Source: Camelus dromedarius
Lineage: Eukaryota
NCBI RefSeq assembly: GCF_036321535.1
Contig: NC_087436.1
Coordinates: 27,468,001 to 27,532,000 of the forward strand
DNA length: 64,000 nt
Direction: 5' to 3'
The position numbers and the translations under genes were made by a program. The notes beneath the pieces were generated by a model. It was not told where the DNA came from, made no database searches, and saw nothing but the letters and a program-made list of their open reading frames with translations. Shown piece by piece: positions 1 through 11,380 of the stretch (position 1 is its first letter; each line of letters opens with the position of its first letter).

Positions 1-407
1 AGTAAGTAATAAAACATATTTTATAGTAATTCTTGGGTAAAGTGATAAAATACTTTTTAAATAGATGGCTCAGATAGTAAGGATTTGGCCATACTACTAG
101 TTTTTGTTACACATTTTGCATAAGGTATTCCTGAAGGACACATCTAAAACCATGTTAATTTTCAAGTGCTAATAATCAAAACTTAGAAATTCTTCAATGA
201 AACCAGCAGAACTCTTTCATCTATTTGCTTATTTATTTCATCTTCCCAGACTCTTGTTTATCACCTGTTTTTGTACTCCCTGAATTCTTTCTGGGAAATA
301 CCCTTCTTCTATTCCAGGATATGTGAAAAGTCTTTCAAGCAGGCTATCCTACCAGCTTGTGGCTTAAATAAGCTAGTCAGGTATCTTCTGTAATTTTAAG
401 GCAAATT

Positions 408-548
408 CTGTTAGTTTCCTGTGGCTGTGGTACCAAATTATCACAAACTTAGTGGCTTAAAACAACAGCAACTTAGTCTCTCAAAGTTCTGGAGGTCATC
501 AATCTGAAATCAAGATGGCAGCAGGGCTGTAATCCCTCCAGAAGCTCT
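408..548 (-). mobile_element. MaLR LTR fragment (MLT1-like)
   Basis: Typical MLT1 end in reverse: ttagtttcctgtggctg...cacaaacttagtggcttaaaacaacag...ttctggaggtc...aaatcaagatggcagcagggctg. Confidence 0.8.
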
Positions 549-1998
549 TTAAAAAATTAAGTTCTACTAAATCTATGTGCTAAAAGTAACAGAGTACATG
601 GAACAATAGAGTTGGAGCAGATGAATTAAAGCCCATACAACTTCCTAAGCCCAGCACTGACAAAAAGTCATCGACACTTTGAGATTAACTCTGATCAGGC
701 AAGTATCTCAGATGCACCAAAAAAAGCAAAATGAAAATAAAGGCACCGTTTTCACCAGAGTAGCTGGCGGGCACTGACAGTGTAGAAGGCAGTGGAGTTA
801 CGCACCAGTGGTTCTATTCTTCAGGTGTGCATGGGAGGTGGTGAAATGAACTGAGATCTTAAACTTCAATCTCAGTGTCTCCAGAGTGCAGGTGCTCATT
901 TTTTGATACTGGCAAAGGTATTCCTGCTGCTAATACAGTCTTCCCTGCTCAACAATGTATTCTATTTCAGTCATTCCTATTCCCACTGCATAGAAACACT
1001 ACCTAGGCACAACTGTCACTTAGGCATTACACTGTCATCATTTACCTTTTATCAGCTGTCTATGTGCTAATTACAGACACAAGTATTGTAGTCAGCTGTA
1101 TAAAAACATCTAGAAAAGATTCATTTTGTTCCTTCCCCATGCTGAGTTGTTCAGCTTTTCATTTTAATACAGATACTTCATATATTCCTCATCTTTAAAA
1201 AAATTTGATTGTATTTCTTGAAACCAAAACCCACTAGCTTATACTAAAAATAGGTATGTATAGAGAGAATGAAAGGAGGGAGAAAGGATTGTTCTCAGTG
1301 CCCCAATAGATTTGCACCAAAATGTCCTCTATTAATTTGTTTAGTTGTTTAAAAGAGTAATAACTATGATTTTGTTTTTCCAAAAATATTATTTATTATT
1401 ATTAGTTACCGTTAATTCTTATCTATGAAAAATTTTAAATTAAGTACATATAATTTTAATTAACAATTCCCTTTTATAGAACATAACCACTAAATGATAT
1501 GAATGTTCATTAATAGGGGAATATTTAAAGAATTTTACTATATAAACTATGGAGTGTTGAGCAGGTATAAAAAGAATGAATAATGTATGAACTGAATATT
1601 TTCCATAAGCATGGAGAAAGAATGTTGAAAGATACATATCAGGCTGTTAATAGTGTTTAGCTTTGAAGTGCAGTGATAAAATGTAGGTTTAGGAGAAAAT
1701 TAAAAACCATTAACCAGATGTAGTGTACATTTTTAAGTGGTTACAATAAGAATGCATTTCAATAAAATTAACTATTCATTAAGAAGATATAAAAAAGGCA
1801 AATATTTAAAGTAGATCTGTTTCATGTGAATGCCTTCCAGGTTAGAAATTTATTGAAAACACTAAAATGCATTCAATTAATAACTTAAATCCTGATTCTC
1901 TTTGTCATTCATTTATCAAATTACTTAGAAGAAATAATTTTATGAATTGGTAATATACTTTTCTTATTTGTCAATACAGAGAGGAGGCTACATAATTC

Positions 1999-2496
1999 TG
2001 TGGTAGGCAGAATAACAGCCTTCCAAAGACGTCTGAGTCCCAGTCTCTAGAAGCTATGAATGTGGCTGTCCCTATAAGGCAAAATGGACTTTAAAAACGT
2101 GATTAAGCTAAGGATCTCAAGATGAGAAAGTATTTTGTATTACCAAACTAGGCCCAATATGATCACATGAGTGATGAAAACTGGAGAACCTATCCTGCTG
2201 TGGTCAGAGGGAGAGGTAACTACCCAAGACAGATCCAAGAGAGATTAGATGCTGCCGGCTTTGAAGATGGAGGAAGGGGGATAAGGGCCAAGAATGTAGA
2301 AAACCTACGGAAGCTGGGAAAGGCAGGGAAATGAGTTCTCTCCCACTGCTTCCAGAAAGAAATGACCTGCCAAAATTTTGATTTTAGCCTAAGGAGACCT
2401 GTGCCAGACTTCCTACATACAAAACGCCAAAATAGTAAATTTGTGCTGCTTTAAACCACTCAGTTTTATGACAATTTGTTTTGCCTGCTATAGAAA
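1999..2496 (+). mobile_element. MaLR solo LTR (MLT1D-like)
   Basis: Starts tgtggtaggcagaataa; internal gctggctttgaagatggaggaagggg-like motif; ends aaatttgtgctgctttaaaccactcagtttt...atagaaa; ~500 bp. Confidence 0.85.
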
Positions 2497-3258
2497 GATT
2501 TCTTAGATTGCTTTCAAATATACTTTAGTTAAAAAAATCCTTTCCTTTTTCTAGTTTAAATTTGTCTTTTCTGTCTCCTTTCTACTTCTTTACAGTTACC
2601 TTTTATGAGATAACATGTAGATTTTTCTTTTGTGTAATAAATTCCACAATTCCACTAATATAAATGTAAATAAAATGTGCCTCAAAGAATATTAACTCAT
2701 TTAAAAGCAAAGTTAATATTTTCAAATGTGTAAAGATAAATTTCTGTATGAACAGTTTTGAATCTTGGCCTCTTTTATAACAATGTAAATAATCCTGAAA
2801 ACAAGACATAGCTTGTGTGTTCTTATTTATGTACAAAATTAATAGTACCTTTTTGCCAGGTTTGTTGTATACTGGAAGCAGCAAATTCAGCTTTTAAGTA
2901 GTTTGTGTTCACTGATACAGTGTTATGAATGTGCTTCAAGAAGGCGAGCAGTTCATCGTCTTTATTCCCATTAGCTGGAACAATGCCTGGAATGTATTAG
3001 GTAATCAATTAATATAATTAATTATAAGTATAATTATCATCTGTATAGCTATACCTACAAGTAGATGCACATCTATTATCTGTAATTTGCTTAAAATACA
3101 ATGTTAGATTTCATAATTGAATATTTGACAGTATTTTTATATATCTTTATGAATCATTGAAGGATGAGTAGTATTAAAACACTAATAGCATTTATTGAGC
3201 ACAAAACTGAAGTCAAAGTTGTTTAGAGAGCAGGAGGAAATTATAACATGGGACTTAC

Positions 3259-3301
3259 CTAGAGTGAAGTAAGTTTTGTTCTTCCAAAAGAAAAAAAGAT
3301 C
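3259..3301 (-). other. Candidate 43-nt exon of an unidentified minus-strand transcript
   Basis: Minus strand: ctcttcttccatag|GATCTT...CACTCTAG|gtaagtcc; strong acceptor and donor. Frames: DLFFFWKNKTYFTL, SFFLLEEQNLLHS, or IFFSFGRTKLTSL-stop. Confidence 0.5.
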
Positions 3302-5245
3302 CTATGGAAGAAGAGTACACATATTAAATTGTTATCAGAAATTTTATATTTTATACCTGAATCCTAAACCTATCTTCTTATTTATCCTTTTCTTTATATT
3401 ACCAAAGGAAGATCCTCTAGCCATCTTCCTTTAATGAAGTAAAAATTATTATCTTTAACTTTAGGCCTTTCTCCTAAAGCTGTAGTCATTTAAACTCATC
3501 CTCTTTAAAGGAGGTCTTCATGATAAAACATTTCACATATTCAAACGTGTAATTGTGTTAAGAGAAATTTCAACTACTGTTGGAACAAATTTTTTTTAAA
3601 AAAGTTTCTGTTAAGCTGTTAGAATTATGCTAATATACTCTTTCTATGGTAGATTTAATTTAATTTGCTTATCAATCATTACATACAAAGAAAAATGTAC
3701 CTTCAAGTCCTGGACATCTTTATTTTCTTTAGTAATCATCATAAATTGGGTTATAGGTTAAAAATACAGGGTCAAATAAAAAGGAGCCTGCCAGTTGATC
3801 TTTCACATTCTTCTCCATCTTTATATTGTTTTACGTTCCTTTTTCAGAAATGGGTAGGTAGTGAACTCAAATGGAACAAACAGAAACAACTCTAGGGGAG
3901 AAAGAGTGGGGAGCTGAAGAAGGGGAGCCCATCCATCCTGCAAGCACTGCTCCAGGTCATCAAGCTGCCATAGCACCTTTGTCTGTCCTGATCCTTAAGT
4001 CTGATGAATTGCCCTCAAATGAGGCACCTATTTAAACCAAGTAAAAAGGATTTTCTTATTAGTAGCTAAAGGCAACAGGTATACTTTATAACCCACTCCA
4101 CTGTCAGTGCAGTGATTTTGAAATTCTTTGAGGTTTTGTAAGCCTTCTGCATTATACATTAGTATTTGTGCAACAGAAGACAATTTAAAGATCTCTTTGA
4201 GCACAGAATTTTAAGTTCAGCCACTCTGAAACACTGCAGGGAGTCTAGAGAAGAAAGGCAAAAGAGAAATGTGCAAATTTCAGATAGACATAACTTTTTA
4301 AAATAAGCAAAATATACATGTTATACAATATTTTTAAGTCTGTAAAGCACTTTCTCAGTTCATTGTACAACAACTTTATAAAGTAAAGACTTGGGTCATG
4401 ACATTTAATATTTATATTTGATTATTGATCATCCACACTGGGAAACTAAGTGAACCCGATTCAAATACTTATGTCTCTATTTCAAAGAGCAAATGTGTAT
4501 CAGACTTTTATAAAAGACCTCTACCCGGAAGTATTATATAGGATCTCTATAGTGAGTGAAGACACCTTTGCATAGTGTTTTGCAATTATTGAAATGTTTT
4601 TTTCTCAACAAATTAGGTAAATTTTAAAATGCTATTAGTGACATGGTTTCTTAGGGTTTTGCACATGTTAGATTATTTTGTTTCCTCATCAAAAACAATG
4701 ACTTCTTTACTGAAATTAACATTTAACTCTTGTTAGCTTACAGAGAGAATGACAAACTCTCAGGTTATCTAATTACTGAAGAAAAAGGGAGTAAGTTAGA
4801 CATGAGATCTTTGAAGTAGAGAGAGACGGTCTCATAAAATCACCAATTCTAGGATTACTTTACAGATGATTATAATTATCATTTGTGGAATTATAAAGGC
4901 ATTTCTCTGTATAGCTAATGTTTACTTTCAAGTCTGCCAATATTTTTCAAAGAAAAATCCATGGAGTTATATAATAACCATCATTTTGGTGGTATAAATT
5001 TAGCAGTTCAATTTTATTCAATTTAAGTTTTCCAGTGTGTCTAGCTCAGCTCTATTTTAATAAACCTCAAAAAGTCATTGGAACAAGAAGAAAATTAAGA
5101 AAATAAAATAGATGACAAAAAATTACTAACAGTTTACATATTACATATTCAACCATGTTTCTGCTAAGATAATGATATATAAAAATCTTCAGGTATTCAT
5201 TTACATGGCTAATGATAGTGACCACAAACATTCTCATCTCACTTT

Positions 5246-5416
5246 AAGACATTTAAGAAAATAATCATCATGATTAAATTTAAATTATTAAATTTTGTAA
5301 GAAAATTTGAATCTCTAACTTATTAAATGAGATTCCAATATTTGAGTTATTATCTAGAAAATATGTAATAACATGAAACAACACTTTAAAATTGACATAA
5401 ATAAGAAAGCAATTTC
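5246..5416 (+). repeat. Left copy of ~170-bp direct repeat flanking the L1 block (putative long target-site duplication)
   Basis: Aligns by eye to 15292-15460; 59/69 identities over 5249-5317 and 31/33 near the end; begins at TTT/AAGA. Confidence 0.85.
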
Positions 5417-6261
5417 AGTTAAAGTCACAGAGAGCCACCATCCCCTCCATAGGAATGAGAGTTCTGATCCCCATGTCAGGCTCCCCAGCCCAGGATTCTG
5501 GCATTGGGAGGAGACCCCAGGATATCTGGTTTTGAAAGCCAGTGGGGCTTAACTCCAGGAGCCCCATGGGGCTAGGGGAAACAGAGATTTCATTCTCTTG
5601 GGAAGTGTACACAAAATCTTGCATGCACCAGATCCAAGGGCAAAGGCAGTGATTTCATAGGAACCTGCCTGCTGGTTTTAAAAGGCCTCTTGGGGAGGTG
5701 GGGGACAGCTGTGGCTCACCCAGGGAACATAAAAGCTGGTGGTGGAGATTCTGGGAGTGTTCATCTGTGAGGTGAGCTTCCTGGAGGCTGACACCTTGAT
5801 TAGATCATTAAACACCAAAACCTAGCCCCACCCAACAGCCTGTAGGCTTAACGGTTGGGAAGCCTCAAGCCAAATAACATATTGGGTGGGAACACAGCCC
5901 CACTCATCAGCAGACTTCCTGAGAAACAGATATCTCTAAACATGGCCCAACCCACCAGAGGTCCAGGACCAAGCTCCACCTAGCAGTGGGCAGGCACCAA
6001 TTCCTCCTGCCAGGAAACCTGCATAAGCCTCTAGTCCTGCCTCATATGCCAGGGGGCATATACCAGAAATAAGAAAACAGCAATCCCAAAACCTGTGGAA
6101 GGAATCCACAAAGGGATTGGGACCAGCTGGACCCTCGCCCTTGGGTGACAAGAGAGGAGTGTTCAGCTGGGTCACATAGGATGTCTCCTACAGAGGGCCA
6201 CTTCTCCAAGGCTGAGAAAGTAACTAACCTACCTAAAAATACAAATAGAAAGATAGACAAT

Positions 6262-7126
6262 ATGATGTGGAAAAGGAATATCTTTGAGGCCAAGGCACAA
6301 GATAAAATCCTAGAAGAAGAAATAAGTGATGAGGAAATAGGCAATTTATCTGAGAAACAGTTTAAAGTAATGATTACCAAGATGTTCAGAGAACTCAAGG
6401 AGTATAGATGCACAGAGTGAAGTTTTTAGCAAAAAGTTGGAATATATAAAGTTAAATAAAATTATTGAGATGAATAACATGCTAGAAGGAACCAAGAATA
6501 GACTAAATTAGGCAGAAGAATGGATCAGTGAGCTGGGAGACAAATTAGTGGAAATCGCTATTGCAGAACAGAAGAAAAGAAAAAAGAATGAAAAGAAATG
6601 AGGATAGTTTAAGAGAGCTCTGGGACAACATTAAGCACACTAATATTCACATTATGGGGTCCCAGAAAGAGGAGAGAGAATAAGAGCCTGAGAACATTTT
6701 TGAAGAGATAATAAGCCAAAAACTTCCCTAATTTAGGAAACAGTCACCTAAGTCCAGGAAGTGCAGAGAGTTCTACACAGGATGAACCCAAAAAGGAACA
6801 CACCAAGGCACACAGTAATCAAACTGACAAAAATAAGGGTAAGGAGAAAATATTAAAATTGCCAAAAAAAAAGCAACAAATAATATACAAGGGAACTCCC
6901 ATAAATTTATCAGCTGATTTTTCAGTAGAAACTACAGGCCATAAAGGAGTGACACTATATATTTAAAGTGATGAAAAGGAAAGACTTACAACCAAGAATA
7001 CTCTATCCAGCAAGGCTCTCATTCAGAATTGATGGAAAAATCAAAAGCTTCACAGATAGATAAAAGCTAAGAGAATTCATCACCACCAAACCAGCTTTAC
7101 AGCAAATGTTAAAAGAAATTTTCTAG
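6262..7126 (+). pseudogene. L1 ORF1 remnant (frameshifted, stops)
   Basis: EIGNLSEKQFKVMITKMFREL in the ORF track; downstream DNA matches the ORF1 C-terminal region (ttatcagctgatttttcagtagaaac, ccaagaatactctatccagcaaggct). Confidence 0.85.
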
Positions 7127-7206
7127 TCATCAAAACACAAGAAAATAGAGCAAAAAGAATAGGGAAAAAAAGGAACTACAAAAACAAACCCAAAACTATC
7201 AACAAA

Positions 7207-10200
7207 ATGGCAATAAAAACATACATATTGATAATTGCCTTAAATGTAAATAGATTAAATGCTCCAAACAAAAGATACAGACTGGCTAAATGGATACAAA
7301 AACAAGACCCATATATATTCTGTCTACAAGAGACCCACTTCAGAGCTAGACACACATACAGGCTGAAATTAAGGGGATGGAAAAAGATATTCCATGCAAA
7401 CATAAACCAAAAGAAAGCTGAAGTACCAATACTTATATCAGACAAAATAGGCTTTAAAATAAAAACTGTTACAAAAGACAAAGAAGGACACTACATAATG
7501 CTTAAGGGATCAATCCAAGAAGAGGATATAACAATTGTAAATATTTATGTACTCAACATTGGAACACTTCCATGTATAAGGCAATTGTTAACAGACATAA
7601 AAGAAGAAATCGACAAAAACACAGTAATGATGGGGGACCTTAACACCCCACTTACATTAATGGACAAATCATCCAGACAGAAAATCAGTAAGGAAATACA
7701 GGCCCTAAATGACACATTAGACCAGATGGACTTAAGGATATCTATAGAGGATTCCATCCAAAAACAATAGAATACACATTCTTCTCAAGTTCATAAGGAA
7801 CATTCTCCAGAACTGACCACATGCCAGTCCACAAAGCTAGACTCAGTAAATTTAAGAAAATTGAAATTGTACCAAGCATCTTTTCTGACACAACACTATA
7901 AGGTTAGAAATCAACTACAAAGAAAAAACTGTTAAAAAAAAAAATGATCTTGGTGGAAATGGTTTTAGTTTATCACCACTGAGTGTGATGTTAGCCATGG
8001 ATTTGTCATACATGGCAAAACAATATGCTACTGAACAACCAACAGGTCAGTGAAGAAATCTAAGAGGAAATCAAAAAATACTTTGAGACAAATGAAAACA
8101 AAAACAATGATCCAAAACCTCTGGGACACAGGAAAAGCAGTTCTCAGAGGGAAGTTTATAGTAATACAAGCCCACCTCAGGAAACAAGCAAAATCTCAAA
8201 TAACCAACCTAACCTTAGACCTAAATCAGCTAGAGAAAGAACAACAAAACCCAAAGTTAGAAGAAAATAAATCAAAGATTAGAGCAAAAATAAATGAAAC
8301 AGAGGCTAAAAAAGCAATAGAAAATTTCAATGAAACTAAAAGCTGGTTCTTTGAGAAGAAAAACAAAATTGATAAACCTTTAGTAAGACTCATCAAGATA
8401 AAAGTAGATGCCTCAAATTAAAAAAAAAAAATCACAAATGAAAAAGGAGAAGTTATGACCAACACCACAGAAATACAAGGGATAAGAGGCTACTATGAGC
8501 AACTACATGCCAACAAAAAGGACACATAGAAGAAATGGACAATTTCTTAGAAGGGTACAGTTTGCCAAGACTGAGCCAGCAAAAAAACACAAAATATGAA
8601 TAGACCAATTATCAGTAATAAAAATTGAATCAGTAATTAAAAAACATCCAATGAACAAAAGTCCAGGACTAGATGGCTTCACAGAGGAATTCTACCAAAG
8701 GTAGAGTTAACACCTATCTTTCTCACACCATTTCAAAAAATTACAGAGGAAGGAATGCTTCCAAACTCATTCTGTCAGGCCATAATCATCCTGATACCAA
8801 AACCAGACAAAGATACCACCAAAAAAATGACAGGCCAATATCACTTATGAATATAGATGCAAAAATCGTCAACAAAATACCAGCAAATTGACTCCAACAG
8901 TGCATTAAAAGAATCATACATCATGATTGAGTGGAATTTATCCCAGGGATGCAGGGATTTTTCAATATCTGCAAGTCAATCAATGTGATACACCACATTA
9001 ACAAACTGAAGAATAAAAATGATACGATCATCTCAGTAGATGCAGAAAAGCTTTTGATAAAAGTCAAAATCCACTGATGATAAACAAAACTCCAGAGAGT
9101 GGGCATACAGGAGCATACCTCAACATAATAAAGGCCATGTATGACAAACCTACAGCTAACATCACACTCAATGGTGACAAGCTAAAACCATTTCCACCAA
9201 GATCAGGAACAAGACAAGGATGCCCACTCTCACTTTTATTCAGCATAGTTTTGGGAGTCCTAGCTGCAGCAATCATGGAGGAAGAGAAAAGAAAAAGAAG
9301 TCCAAATTGGAAAAGTATTAAAAACTGTCACTCTGCAGATGACATGACACTGTACATAGAAGATCCTAAACACACTACCAGAAAACTACTAGAGCTGATC
9401 AATGAATTCAGTAAAGTTACAGGATACAAAATTAATCCATACACTAACAATGAAATATCAGAAAAAGAAATTGAGGAAACAATCCCATTTACCATCACAG
9501 CAAAAAGAATAAAATATCTAGGAATAAACCTACCTAGGGAGGAAAAAGACCTGTACTCCAAAAACTATTAAGACATTGATGAAAGAAACTGAAGATAACA
9601 CTAACAGATGAAAAGATTTACCATGTTTTTGGAGTGGAAAAATGAATATTCTTAAAATGGCCATATTGCCCAAGGCAATCTACTGATTCAATGTAATCCT
9701 TATCAAATTACCAATGGCATTTCTCAAAGAATTGAAACAAAAAATGTTAAAATTTGTATGGAAACACAGAAGAACTTGAATAGCCAAAACAATCTTGAGA
9801 AAGAAGAATGCAGCTGAAGCAATCATGCTCCCTGAATTCAGACTATCCTACAAAGCTATAGTAATCAAAACAGTATGGTACAGGCACAAAAATAGACACA
9901 TAGCTCAATGGAACAATATAGAAAGCCCCAAAATAAACCCACACACTTATGGTCATTTAATCTATGACAAAGGAGGTAAGAATATATAATAGAGAAAAGA
10001 GTCTCTTCAATAAGTGGTGCTGGAGAATTGGACAGCTACACATAAAAGAATAAAACTAGAACATTCTAAAACACCATATACAAAAGTAAACTCAAAACAG
10101 ATAAAAGACATAAATAAATGTAATACCAGATACTACAAAAGGTCTAAAAGAAAACACAGGCAAAAACACTCCTTGACATAAATTGCAGCAATATTTTTTT

Positions 10201-11030
10201 TTTGATCTGTCTCCTAGAGTAATGAAAATAAAAGCAAAAAAATAAGTAAATGGGACCTAATTAAACTTAAAGGCTTTTGCACAGCAAAGGAAACCATGTA
10301 TGAAATGAAAAAACAACCTACGGAATGAGGAAAGATATTTGCAAATAATGAGAATGACGAGGGATTAATTTCCAAAATATACAAATAGCTAATGCAGCTT
10401 ATCCAAAACAAAAAACCAAACAACTCAATCAAAATATTGGAGAAATATCTACGTAGGTCTTCTGCCCAAGAAGACATACAGCTTGGCAACAGGCACATGA
10501 AAAGATGCTCATTATCTCTAAGTATCAGAGAAATGCAAATCAAAACTACAATGAGGTATCACCCTAACACCAGTCAGAATGGCCATCATTAAAAAGTCTA
10601 CAAAGGAGAAATGGTGGAGAGGTATAGAGAAAAGGTAACCCTCCTATACTGTTGGTGAGAGTGTAAAATGGTGCAGCCGCCCTGGAGAGTAGTATGGAGA
10701 CTCCTTAAAAAACTAAAAATAGGATTAACATATGATCCAGCAATCCCACCCCTGGGCATTTATCTGGAGAAAACTCTAACTTGAAAAGACATATGCACCC
10801 CAATATTCGTAAAGCACTATTTATAACAGCCAAGAAAATAGAGCGACCTAAATATCTACTGACATATGAATGGATAAAGAAGATGTGGTGTATATATATA
10901 TACATATGTACACACACACACCCTCCTATAAATATACACAACATTACTTGGCCATAAAAAATGAAATAATATCATTTGCAGCAACATATATGGACCTAGA
11001 GATTATCATATTAGGTAAAGTAAATCAGAG
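7207..11030 (+). pseudogene. L1 ORF2 remnant (endonuclease, reverse transcriptase, C-terminal domain), multiply disrupted
   Basis: ORF track pieces 7207-7770, 8050-8421, 9077-9571, 9795-9989 are recognisable L1 ORF2 segments. Confidence 0.95.
7945..8016 (-). repeat. 72-bp inverted copy of L1 RT segment 9134-9205
   Basis: Reverse complement matches 9134-9205 at 65/72 positions, ungapped. Confidence 0.95.
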
Positions 11031-11380
11031 AGACAAATATTATATGATATCACTTATATGGAATCTAAAAAAATGATATAAATGAACTGATTTACAAACC
11101 AGAAATGGACTTACACAGAAAACGAAGTATACTTAACAAAGGGCAAAGGGATGTGTGTTGGGGGGAAATTAGGAGTTTGGGATTAACATATGCACACTTC
11201 TATATGTAAAATAGATAAATGATAAAGACCTACTGTATAGCACAAGGAACTATGTTCAGTATCTTGTAATAACCTATAATGGAAATGAATCTGTAAAAGA
11301 ATATATATGTATATGTATAAATGAATCATGCTGTACACTTGAGACTAACATTGTAAATCAAATATACTTCAAAAAATAAA

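Larger units (their letters stand above)
5417..11380 (+). mobile_element. Near full-length, inactivated LINE-1 (5'UTR lacking its tip, ORF1, ORF2, 3'UTR, A tail)
   Basis: GC-richer 5'UTR, ORF1 remnants, EN domain (LNVNRLN...CLQETH), RT motifs (GTRQGCPLS, SADDM), artiodactyl-type 3'UTR ending cattgtaaatcaaatatacttcaaaaaataaaa. Confidence 0.97.
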
